From positions 45,031,219 through 45,065,587 of the forward strand of contig NC_068996.1 in assembly GCF_001194135.2 (NCBI RefSeq): a stretch of 34,369 nucleotides of DNA, written 5' to 3'. The notes under the pieces are model-generated. The model did not search any database. It worked only from the letters and a program-made list of their open reading frames with translations, and had not been told where the DNA came from. Positions 11,271-22,460 of the stretch are shown here, one piece after another. Source of the DNA: Octopus bimaculoides (taxonomy: Eukaryota). The first letter of the stretch is position 1; every line of letters begins with the position of its first letter. Position numbers and translations under genes: made by a program.

Positions 11271-11587
11271 TATATATATATATATATANNNNNNNNNNNN
11301 NNNNNNNNNNNNNNNNNNNNNNNNNNNNNNNNNNNNNNNNNNNNNNNNNNNNNNNNNNNNNNNNNNNNNNNNNNNNNNNNNNNNNNNNNNNNNNNNNNNN
11401 NNNNNNNNNNNNNNNNNNNNNNNNNNNNNNNNNNNNNNNNNNNNNNNNNNNNNNNNNNNNNNNNNNNNNNNNNNNNNNNNNNNNNNNNNNNNNNNNNNNN
11501 NNNNNNNNNNNNNNNNNNNNNNNNNNNNNNNNNNNNNNNNTATATATATGTATGTATGTATGTATATATACATAGATAATGCATACA

Positions 11588-11620
<33 letters not shown>

Positions 11621-11654
11621 TAGTGAGTGTGAATGTGTACATGTTTGTCTTTAT

Positions 11655-11820
11655 TTCGACCTCGCTTAGAAAATAATGGTCTGAAATTTTGGCACAAGGC
11701 TAGCACGTTCGGAGGTGTTGGTGGGGTGTTGACTCGATTAGATCAACCCTAGTGTTCAAAGGGTACTTACTTGTTATCTACTCTGAAAAGATGAAAGGCA
11801 AAATCGAACTCGGCCACCTG
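11655..11820 (-). mobile_element. degenerate SINE group A 3' half
   Basis: GATGAAAGGCAAAATCGAACTCGGC and TCGATTAGATCAACCCTAGTG match the minus-strand group A consensus seen at 109-344. Confidence 0.7.
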
Positions 11821-12069
11821 CAACTTGCAAAAATAATGCTATTCGTCCACATCTTTGTAACATGGTCATTCCACAACCAGATATCATGTCCCCAGCTTAA
11901 GAATATGTTGTTCGATCGATGGAGCCGACCAGAACCCTTCATGGTGGTGTCTTAACATTGCTGCAATCCTATGACTGAATTGAAATAGTAGATTGCAAAG
12001 CATAAACAAATATATATTTGATATTTAACCCAGTGCATCGTATTACGTTCCAAATAACGCATGGTCTAA

Positions 12070-12385
12070 GTGAAGGTGCATGGCCCAGTCAATTAGAGCG
12101 TCAGGCTCACGATTATCTCATGAGGTAGTGAGTTCGATTCCCGGAACAAGACACTTTTCTCCAGTTCACTCAGCTGTAGAAATGATTTGCGACATCACTG
12201 GTGCCAAGCTGCATCGACCTTTGCCTTTCCCTTGGATAACATCAGTGGTGTGGAAAGGGGAGGCTAGTATGCATGGGCAACTGGTGGTCTTCCAAAATCA
12301 GCAGAGCCCAGATTCGTGCTTTGGAGGGGAACTTTCTAGGTGCAATCCCATAGCCATTCATAACCGAAGCGAGTCTTTACCCTTT
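12070..12385 (+). mobile_element. tRNA-derived SINE, group B head with a different 3' half
   Basis: GTGAAGGTGCATGGCCCAGTC..GAGTTCGATTCC..CAAGACACTTTTCTCCAGTTCACTCAGCTG matches group B. The sequence from ~12185 on differs from 9843 and 5733. Confidence 0.75.
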
Positions 12386-15300
12386 AACACATGGCCTACA
12401 AACATAATACTATATGTGTTTTCATTGTTAGGCAAAGACAAAATCATAATAGGTAAAAACAAAAAAACAAAAAAACTGTTGGTAACAGTTTTGAGCTTCT
12501 TTTACTTTGCTGTCGAGTTTTACGGTAAGAGAGACGGCATATAATGTTACATCGTTTAGTATTTTTTGTGATATGCTTCGATTATAAGATTCCTCTTAGT
12601 AGCTTATATATATATAATAATAATATTAGGGAATATATCATTCCAAACGTACAGGAATATTCAATTTAGTAATACCTAATTAAATTTCACAATATGTAAT
12701 ATATGTATATAATTGTCTGAATTGTATAATGGCAGTTCTCCTCAAAATTATATATATAGATATAAAATGATTTTGTAGATGTATATCAGCTGAGAATAAG
12801 CAACAAAATATCGCGCTGGTTTCTGAACGAATCCTTAGAGATATCTTTTCCATACCAAGTTGCAGAAACTCCCTTGTCGCTTGCAGTGTTAAAAGTGCAG
12901 CAAATAAATGAATGCAAACCTGAACCAAAGACACTGATGTTTATGTATTGAATACGAAGTAAATAAATAACATCAAAACTAAAAATTACAATATTTTAGA
13001 CATTTGTACAAATATAAATACCTTGAATGCGGTATCTCAATGAGCTTTTGGAACATGATAACAATAAATGGGTACATCTCTGGAAAAGGCTATTAAAATT
13101 TCTTGTATTTTTATTGAACTGTTGATGTCTCTTCTGAAGATTATATTTTCATGAAAGTGTGTTTCTATGTGTGTATATCCATATGTTATGCTTGCCTGTG
13201 TTCAGATAAGAACATCAGTGTGTATGTATATGCATACACGTAAATTCATGCATATATGTCAACGATAAATGAGTTCATTTAGCAGAGAGCCCATCCTCCA
13301 TAAAAATCAATAATAATTTCAAGGCAGACAAAAATAAGGCGTAAATATTATAAAAAAAATATTGTGGCATTAAACGATACACCAGCAAAAATGAATAGTA
13401 TATTTACATATAGCAATTTACATATAAATGTTTAGTTGCAGGGAAACTATTATAGCTATGCGTATATGAACGCTTTTGTTTATTGTACTCAGCGCGTATA
13501 TATTCATGTCCTGAATGTCATTCCAACAATGAAACTGGTATAATCAAGTGTCATTCTTGTTGTTCTTATTTATGTAATTACTGATTAGCTTTTGTTCAAT
13601 AATGTCTATTCATAGGCTTTCAAGCAAAAGGCAAGGACGTTTATTTCTAAAGACACAATCCTTAAACATTAAATTGCGAAATGCGCTGTTTGTTTGTTTG
13701 TTTGTTTGTGTGTTCCTTTCTTTGAAGAATTTTGGTTGTAATTTGAAGATGACTTGACTTATAGCTTCCTTAGATTGACCGATGCAGCTCTCCACCAATG
13801 TGAAATTCAGTTGATCTTTGAAGTGTTTCTTTTTTCCTCCATCCAAGCTAACCATAAAAGACTCGGCAGCGAAACGAAACGTGGCATGTTCGCTGCATGC
13901 ACGAAAAGTCTCAGTTGCTGTCCGTGGCATGTAAAGCATGTATATGAAAACAAAACAAACACGGAAGCAAACACATGCAAGCTTACTTACACGGTAAACT
14001 GTGTCTAACTGAGAAATGTCTTATTTAATTTTAAGTCTTGTTAGCCTTAAATGAAAGATTAGGATTAGCTCTTGCAGACACGCACACTTCTAAATATTTT
14101 CTTTGTAATTTTGTTCCAAGTCCTTTTCTCTACCATTTGCTTCTTTGACCTCCTGAGCGAAAAATGTTCTTTTAACCACAATATTCCTACTTGTGTTCTA
14201 CTTTACTCAGTTTACCATGTGCAAAGTCTTAATTTATGTATTTCACACTTGTGAGTTATGTTTCCTGCGCTTCTTAACCAAACCGTGTAATCGCATTTTA
14301 CATCATCTTGTCATCAGTTCTTTGGGAAAATTACTTGTTTCCCGCAATTGTCAGTGTTTCTAATTCTACATGAGTGGTCCTGCTAACTGTCATGTATTTA
14401 CATATGATCTTTTATTACTGCTTCTATTTACGACTCTATATTATTACAACTTTAATTCTTCAAAATACATATCGAAAAATAATCTTTCATATCTTTTCCT
14501 ATTTTTCTCTTTTCTTCTCATCTACAATCGACAGAAATCTATTTCTTCCCTTTCTTTCACATATTTATTCATATTAATATATTTATTATCTGTACAACGT
14601 TGCCTTCGTGGCCATAAAAAGAGTTTTGCCTTAATATTATTTCATTAAAACTCCTAGAATTATTTACATTGTATCGCTATGAAGCATCCGTCTTATATTC
14701 TATTCATTATTATCACCTGGAGATCGGAGGCATGGAACTGAAGTTAACGTTTTATGAATTTTCTGATTTCAATAAAATATCATAGATGAATCTTCATAAC
14801 TGCATAAATATACGAAGTATTTTCATACAAAACAAGCATACTAATTTAATTATTCAGAAGTATTTTATATTCAATATTTCTTTTTCGTTTATCTAGACGT
14901 GTTCATCTTTAACTCATTTTCTGGAGAAGTCATTAAAATTCTGACAGTAATTCTTTAAATCCGCCGTTATTGAAAGAATCAGGTCACATTCATATTCAAC
15001 ATAAATTTACATATTAAAACAAATATGGCTGACCTTCCTTAGCTATCGATTCAAACATGCGGAAAATATATTTTCACATAAAATTTTCGTTGTGTTTTTC
15101 ATTTTATCTTATTTCATTGAATTCCTGTTGTTATTTCTAATGCTGTTATCTTAGAGAGAGATAAAGTTTGATTTAAATATCTTGTATTACGTTTCGTCTC
15201 TCAATGATCGGATTTAGTTTTCGAGACATGCCAAAAGCAACGTCACATATAGTTTCCTTAGAATCGATGAAATAAGTACTAGTAGTATGGTACCATTGCT

Positions 15301-15491
15301 TCGATTTCCCATAACCCCTTTTCGAAAACAAAAACAAAGCAAAATACAACAAAAACTAAATCGATCTAACATTTAAAGGAGAAAAATTACCATATCACCA
15401 TCAGCATAAACCTTACTACCTTTTCTCCTCATTTCTACATCGCATTAATCTCGAAGAACGACATTATCAGAATCATATCAATAATATGAAG

Positions 15492-15595
15492 TATTTTATT
15501 ATTTTATTATTCTAAACTGCTTTAGGTATTTGAGTGCGGTCATGCTGGAGTACATGCTCCAAGACGTTTTAGTCGATCAGATCAATGTCCCTTAT
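15492..15595 (-). mobile_element. SINE group D 3' tail fragment
   Basis: TATTTGAGTGCGGTCATGCTGGAG..TTTTAGTCGA is the reverse complement of the tail at 30270-30340. Confidence 0.7.
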
Positions 15596-15851
15596 TTCAG
15601 TTTAAAACGTATTGTATGGTTTCTATTTGTCAAAGGGGACAGTTTATATTTTGAAACAATATGACGCAATATTTTATACCAGCATAACAAATACACACTC
15701 ACAGATTATACATACATACATACATACATGCATGCATACATACATACATACATATATACATACATACACACACACATGCACGCATGCACGCATGCATGCA
15801 TACATACATAATACATACATACATATATGTATAGACATATACAAACACATA

Positions 15852-17074
15852 CAGGGTTGGACAAAATAATGGAAACACCTAGCATCATAGCATCATAGTT
15901 TTGAAATATCTATAAAACCGTCAAAAGCTTGTTTATTTTTATGCTTTTTTGATTTATTATTTGTGTTACTTAATTTGTTTTGCTAGAATTGCTGTTTCTT
16001 TTCAGATTTCATCAAATAAAGGTAATTAAAATTCATTAAAATGACAGATCTATCGGACTTTCAAAGAGGTCAAATTTTCGATGCTTGATTGGCACATAAC
16101 GAAAAAAGCCGAAATGTTTGGTATATCAAGAAGTGCTGTCTGAAAAGTAATGACAGCCTTTGAAAATGAGGGAAAAACCTCCTCGTCGAGACAAAACTCC
16201 GGAAGAAAACCAAAACTTTCAGATAGGGACCGTCGGACTCTTACGCGAATTGTTAGAAAGGATCACAAAAGAATAGCTCACAAAATTTCTGTAGAGCTTA
16301 ATGACCACAGCGAGAACCCAGTTTCAATAAGAATTGTTCGCCAGAAGCTTCACAAAGCCGGATTTTACGGGAGGGCTGCAATAAGAAAACGACTACTTGG
16401 TCCCTAGAGCAGTGGAAAAATGTTATTTTCTAGGACGAGTCATCCTTTACCTTATTTCCGACCACTGGCCGAGTATATATGTGGAGACTACCAAAAGAAG
16501 CATTTGACCCACACTGCCTTCTTCCAACTGTTAAACATAGAAGAGGATCTGTGACGATTGGGGGGGGGGGCTATATCTTGGAAATCCACCAGCCCAATGG
16601 TTTCTCTTCATGGCAGAATTATTAGTCCAGACTATTTAAGCATTTTATATGATCAAATTCATTCTATGGTTGCAGAACTGTTTCCAGAGGGAAACGCAAT
16701 CTTTCAGGATGATAATGCACCAATTCACACAGCTAAAGTTTTTACTGAATGGCACAAGGAACATTCATTCTAGTGAAGTTGAACATCTTATCTGGTCACC
16801 ACAGTCCCCAGATCTCTATATCATTGAACATTTATTGTGCATTTTAGAAAAACAAGTAAGGAGTCGATATCCTCCACCATCATCACTACAAGAAGTGGAG
16901 ACTGTTTTTAGTTGAAGAATGGACAAAAATTCCTTTGGAAACAATTCAAACTTTGTACGGAGTCCACACCTCGTAGAATTCAAGCTATAATTAGTGCCAA
17001 AGACGGTCGTACCCCATATTAGAATAAATTTGTTTGAAGTTTTAAGGTGTTTCCGTTATTTTGTCTAACCCCTG
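15852..17074 (+). mobile_element. Tc1/mariner DNA transposon, decayed (DD36E / Incomer-like)
   Basis: TIRs of ~29-30 bp: CAGGGTTGGACAAAATAATGGAAACACCT and the reverse complement CAGGGGTTAGACAAAATAACGGAAACACCT. TA at both ends (15850-51, 17075-76). Transposase remnants lie inside. Confidence 0.95.
16041..17022 (+). pseudogene. Tc1-family transposase pseudogene
   Basis: MTDLSDFQRGQI; SGRKPKLSDRDRRTL..GRAAI (HTH/GRPR-like region); F*DESSFT (first D at 16434); FQDDNAPIH (second D at 16711); SPQSPDLYIIEHL (E at 16826). There are stops, frameshifts and an internal deletion near 16400. Confidence 0.92.
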
Positions 17075-17209
17075 TATATGTAAATATATGTGTGTTTGTA
17101 TGTGGTGTGTATGTATACATACACATACACATACACACATACGAACACACACACGCACTCATACAAACACACATATGCACACATATATAAACACACAGGT
17201 ACACGGAAC

Positions 17210-17275
17210 GTGGTTCCATGGTTACCAACAAATAATTAATTATATTCACAAAGCACTGGTCACCCGAGGTTAAAT
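17210..17275 (-). mobile_element. degenerate SINE group D fragment
   Basis: ATTCACAAAGCACTGGTCACCCGAGGTTAAA resembles ACTCACAAGGCTTTGGTC.GCCCGAGG.TA of the other group D copies. Confidence 0.45.
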
Positions 17276-17930
17276 TACAAATCAATCGTTAACGTTAGAA
17301 CGCAATGGAATGGAACATAGTGAATATTCTTAGTTATAGACGTGGCTATTAAATCACTTGTCATATTTGTTATAACGTGCACTCAGAGTACAATAAAGCA
17401 TATCTCTGTGTGCCTTGGGTGCATTCAATACTTTGCTTTTGTTTATATGTCTTCCCATTGTACTGACAGTGCTCTATTTAATGTGTGGAATGCCTAATAG
17501 TCCTTGCTCTATTATGTATGTTGTATTAATGTATTCATCTTGGAGGTTTGGATTATGTATTTGTCATATTCATTTTCATCGCTCTCAAGGCTGCTATTAT
17601 TATGGGAAATGCATCTGGGGGCGCATTATCATCCGCAGGAATAAGCAAGTCGATTATGATGCGACATTGTTCTTTCTAATGCACACAACAATATTTGGCG
17701 CACAGCCCTGGTCACGCTGTACATTTGTGCATTCGTATGTATATATATATGCAGTGCTTGTATGCATTTATATACCTGCGTACGTGTTTACGTATATACT
17801 GCATGAGTTTGGTCATTTCCTTGCTCTCTAAGCCTCTTTCTGGTGTACGATTTAAAACTTTCAGTTAACAATTCTTAATTAATGCTGAGGTACTTTTCTG
17901 TAAATGGAATATCCAGTTTTACATGCAATG

Positions 17931-17987
<57 letters not shown>

Positions 17988-18032
17988 GTCTGTCTGTCTA
18001 TTTATCTGTCTGTCTGTCTGTCTGTCTATCTA
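17931..18032. repeat. (TATC)n/(TGTC)n microsatellite
   Basis: Direct reading. Confidence 0.95.
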
Positions 18033-18087
18033 TTTGTATACAGATGGACATGTATATATAACATGTGATGTAATATGATATATATTC

Positions 18088-18130
<43 letters not shown>

Positions 18131-18277
18131 TACATATACACGCATGTATGTATGTTTATACGTATATACATGTGTATATATATGTATGTATATGTGTGTA
18201 CGTACGTATGTATGTATGTATGTATGTATGCATACATTCATGCATACAATATTCATGAATGAATGTATGTATGTATG

Positions 18278-18643
18278 AGCAGATTTGTATATTTTATATG
18301 TATTCTTATTTGTATGTTTTATGTAAATATTCGTATGCATATAGTTGCATATCTAGACTTGCTCATGCATATGTAAATGATAAACTTCAGGAAAGTTTTA
18401 CAGATATTTACTATTCCATTGATGGATTAGATCTGTAATCTTCGAATTACGTTTCTCCGTTCTGGTTATGAGAAGGCTAATTTCTCAAGATTGGTATTTA
18501 GGCAGTGTGTTACATATCCCAGGGCCCCAGTGATTAGAGGTATAAACCTGAAATTGTAATCTGGATAGAGTAACTGCAGATTTCTCATTAGTTCAGCATA
18601 GGTGTTCTCTTTTTCACTGATCTTCAGCTGTATGTTAACATCC
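18278..18643 (-). mobile_element. 5'-truncated RLE-type (R4/Dong/NeSL/CRE-like) non-LTR retrotransposon 3' end
   Basis: One frame reads DVNIQLKISEKENTYAELMRNLQLLYPDYNFRFIPLITGALGYVTHCLNTNLEKLAFS*PERRNVIRRLQI*SINGIVNICKTFLKF. This fits the K..EK..Y..L..P.I.GALG...LQ...G...I C-terminus of restriction-like endonuclease LINEs. Two in-frame stops; (TATG)n on both sides. Confidence 0.85.
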
Positions 18644-18733
18644 GTATGTATGTATGTATGTATATATGTATGTATGTATGTATGTATGGATGTTTGTATG
18701 TATGTATTGTATATTTGTTTCCTAAGATTGGTC

Positions 18734-18825
18734 ATTTACCAGTCTAAAGTTATTTACAGTTATTTCGCCGGGCGAAATGCTTAGCGGTATTTCACATGTC
18801 GTTAGTTTTTGAGTTCAAATTCTTT
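18734..18825 (+). mobile_element. SINE group A fragment with non-SINE leader
   Basis: GCCGGGCGAAATGCTTAGCGGTATTTC..TTGAGTTCAAATTC. The leader is shared with 20849. Confidence 0.75.
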
Positions 18826-19544
18826 TCTTCTGTGGCACGATTTCGGCCTTGTGTAGAAGTGAAAACTTTGGTTTTGAGTCGTTTTGACTGCTATCTTTAA
18901 CATGCTGGTGCTACAAGTAATACCTTCATTATTAATTTGGTATTACACAGTGGGAAGGATTTTGTCGTATGCTAAATATCCTTCTCTTCAGCTGTGAATA
19001 CTATGTTTTTCAATACCCTCTGAATATTTTCACTATCCACTTTTTACTTCTTCCATCATGAAACATATAGTTCATGTAGAGACGATATTTCTTCTTTTGA
19101 ATATCTCGGATATTTTTTCGTCATAGTTTGCAATTTAGTTCAATTAATTAATTAAATTATTGTTGATTATTTCTGTCTTTATTTCCTCCTTCATATCACA
19201 ACCTCTATTAGTTTCTTTCACGTGAGAAACATTTTCTTTGTCTTGTTCTATATTTACATTAATTATAACCATTTTCTTTATTAAATATTTTTTCAGCACT
19301 ACAGTAGATGTTTCATAATAGTTTTTCCAGTTGCAGATAGTTCATACTTATCTGTACTGCTATCTGATACATATATTTCGTGTCATATTTTTGTTGGTAC
19401 ATTTTAAATACGGATATTTTACTTGTTAATATACTTAACGTTAGTCGATAGAATCTATTATTACTACTACTTAAAGGTAAAACAGCTACCTTACTATCAT
19501 ATATTTTGCATGGAAATATGCTTAATTGTAAGTAAGATACGCAC

Positions 19545-20214
19545 TTTCTACTTGTTTCAGTCATTAGACTGCGACCAGGCTGGAGCACCACATTGAAGAA
19601 ATTTTAGTGGAATAAATCACCTCCAGTATTTAATTTTGCAAAGCCTGGAAGTTATTCTATCAGTCGCTTCTGCCAAACAGCTACATTACGAGGATCTAAA
19701 CACACCAACACTGGTTGTCAAGAAGTGGTGAGGGGAAAATGCAGACACAAAGACACAAGTATATATATCTATATCTATATATATATATATATATNNNNNN
19801 NNNNNNNNNNNNNNNNNNNNNNNNNNNNNNNNNNNNNNNNNNNNNNNNNNNNNNNNNNNNNNNNNNNNNNNNNNNNNNNNNNNNNNNNNNNNNNNNNNNN
19901 NNNNNNNNNNNNNNNNNNNNNNNNNNNNNNNNNNNNNNNNNNNNNNNNNNNNNNNNNNNNNNNNNNNNNNNNNNNNNNNNNNNNNNNNNNNNNNNNNNNN
20001 NNNNNNNNNNNNNNNNNNNNATATATATATATATATACACAATATATATATAAGATGGGCTTATTTCAGTTTCCGGCTATCAAATTCACTTACAAGGCTG
20101 TGATCGACCCGAGGTTAAAATACAAGACACTCACCGAGAGAGTCCCGCATAGGACTGAACAAAGAACAACGTGGTTGGGGAGCAAATCTCTTACTACGTA
20201 CTGTACCCAGTCCT
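19545..20214 (-). mobile_element. full-length SINE group D spanning an N-gap at its internal microsatellite
   Basis: Head at 20060-20214 and tail at 19545-19760, separated by (TA)n-N-(TA)n. Same architecture as 31012-31392. Confidence 0.85.
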
Positions 20215-20848
20215 TTACTGATGTTTATTTATAGCATTAGTGTAGCATTACTTCTCATCGTTGATTAGTCTGTTTATCTGTCTGTTTAATTCATTAGCAT
20301 TCGTTACTCATAGAGTTTTGTTTTTTCTAGTTATCCTATTGCTGTTCTAGTCTTCATATTATTGTTCTCTATCTCATACCATAGTATTGTTTTTTCCCTG
20401 TCTTCAAGATTTGCATATTCTTAAACTGTATTTTCAAAACTCATTTTCTAAACAGAATTGCTTTCTTAATCTATCGTACTTTCAATGTATGAATTTCAAC
20501 CTAAGGATTCGCTCCTGTTCTTTAAATAATACCTCAAATGCTCTTTGTGAATTTCTCTCTGTATATATGCGTATCTTTTAATTGTGTGTATGAAGGATAG
20601 TATCTGTCAGTTGACTACTTCATTTGTACTCACGGTGTTGCTAATCGACCATTTCAACGAACACTTACAGTGCATTACTTGTATGAAGCAAAATATAATA
20701 ACATTTTACTGAATTAATGTATTCCTTATGAATGTATCCTACAACACTTTTATTGGTCGTTTGCAATTTTCTCATTTTGTTATTTCATGGACGATAACGG
20801 ATACTCATCAAACGCGTCAGGTGGCCGCTTTTCTTTTTCCCTATGTTA

Positions 20849-21070
20849 ATTTACCAGCCTACAGTTATTTAGTTATTTCGCCGGATGAAATGCTGAGCGG
20901 TATTTCGCCTGTCACTACGTTCTGAGTTCAAATTCCGCCAAGGTCCACTTTGCCTTTCATCCTTTCGGGGTCGATAAATTCAGTACCAATGAATGGGGTT
21001 GATGTAATCGACTATTCCCATCCCCATAAATATCAGGCCTTGTGCATTTAGTAGAAAGGATTATTATTAT
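20849..21070 (+). mobile_element. SINE group A lacking its A-box, ending in (ATT)n
   Basis: GAAATGCTGAGCGGTATTTC..GAGTTCAAATTCCGCCAAGGTCCACTTTGCCTTTCATCCTTTCGGGGTCGATAAA. Its tail differs from 109-344. Confidence 0.88.
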
Positions 21071-21110
21071 TGTTGTTATTATCATTGTCATCATCATTAT
21101 TATTATTATT

Positions 21111-21345
21111 GAGTGAGAGAGCAGTGCATGCCATCAAAGTGACACTGGGGTAAAATATAGAAAGCCCAATATACCCATCATGACTACTCGTCTGATAAGG
21201 GTATAACAGGCACATGCATCACAAACATATGTGCGCGACAAGGTGATCTCATATCAAGATAAATAAACAGTGCATGACCTTGCAGGTGGGGCCCACTTAG
21301 AATTTTCTTCAGGTCGAGTAGTCCATCCCGCTGAAAATGTCCCTC
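21111..21345 (-). mobile_element. 3' end of a retroposon with an (AAT)n tail (LINE or LINE-derived SINE, family unassigned)
   Basis: A GC-richer block whose minus strand ends ...GCATGCACTGCTCTCTCACTCAATAATAATAAT. No ORF recognised. Confidence 0.5.
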
Positions 21346-21392
21346 AATAAATTTACTCTTTAGTATTTCAAGATATTTTAATGTAAATTTGG

Positions 21393-21462
<70 letters not shown>
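21393..21462. repeat. (TATC)n microsatellite
   Basis: Direct reading. Confidence 0.95.
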
Positions 21463-21902
21463 AACACACGTACACACACATACACACATATATATACATA
21501 TACATACATATGTGGATATATATATATATATATATATGTCTGTCTATCATAGTATTGTTTTATGGTAGTAATTTTTTTTTATATATTTTATTTGTTGATC
21601 TCATCTTTTAATATTTTATTGTTGGTTACTATAATTTTTAGCGTTGCCATCGTATATATTTTTCGTTGATAATATTGTAGGATCATATAGACTTAGTGTG
21701 CTGTTCCTGCTACAGACACCTTGAGTTCTGTGTAATGCTAGTGCCGAAGCTATTTTATTGAGTATTTATATAGTAATTCGTTTTGTTGACGGTTTATTCC
21801 TGCTTTTATGCCGCAACCATTATTGTTATTACTCGTTATTATTGATTTATAAGTTAGGCACTAAACTAATAAATTTGAAAAGAGGGAACGATCAATTATA
21901 TT

Positions 21903-22067
21903 TCCCCCAAGTACTTGCCTGGTATATATATTTTGTTTATCGACCCCGGAATTATGAAGGAGAACATTCAACTTTCACAGGAGTCAAGTAATTTATATTG
22001 AGATAGTAAAGAGAAGTTATATAATGTAACAGGACGTTTTGTCCGACGCGTTACCGATTCTACCATT
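21903..22067 (-). mobile_element. degenerate SINE group A
   Basis: CTGGTA..TTTATCGACCCCGGAATTATGAAGG and GACGTTTTGTCCGACGCGTTACCGATTCTACCA align with the group A minus-strand consensus. Confidence 0.65.
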
Positions 22068-22364
22068 ATTTGAAGTTATTACTTTTAAGATAGCTGTTTA
22101 TTATGATATTGTAGTTTAGTTTTTGATCTTTTTGTTGCTGTTGTGAAACATCATTAGCAACAACAACAAGAGCAACAATATTAACAACAACAATAAAAAC
22201 AATGGCAGCAAAAAAGACAAACAAACTTTTAACATAAGCCACAGCAAAATGTATTTCCTATCTATGATTTTAATGTATTTTAACATATAATATTTATAAT
22301 CCTGTCATGTGATGTGTTTATGGAAATTTTATGACAGCCTTGCAATAGCTTACTTTTGTTTCAT

Positions 22365-22460
22365 TTCAACTTTTAACTCTCTGGGGTCGATAAAATAATC
22401 ACCAGTTATGTAGTCAATCCTTTTCTAAGGAAATTGGTCTTGTGCGTGTATAAGAAACCA
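22365..22460 (+). mobile_element. degenerate SINE group A central/3' fragment
   Basis: CTGGGGTCGATAAAATAATCACCAGTT..CTTGTGC. Confidence 0.55.

Noticed and set aside
12680-12934. 84-aa minus-strand ORF with an acceptor-like site
   Set aside because: No homology recognised and no convincing donor.
13134-13160. CTGAAGA...GAAAG hammerhead-like words (similar words at 3445, 5045, 6059, 14312, 21307, 22517)
   Set aside because: Stems I-III and the NUH triplet cannot be formed.
13610-14008. Overlapping 109-aa and 84-aa ORFs in non-repetitive sequence
   Set aside because: Protein-like composition but no recognisable domain or consistent splice sites; unresolved without a search.
17415-17831. 138-aa hydrophobic ORF
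   Set aside because: The composition reflects AT/TG-rich DNA; no family motif.
18920-20600. Stop-riddled minus-strand reading frames flanking the group D SINE (possible old LINE)
   Set aside because: No RT or endonuclease motif could be identified.
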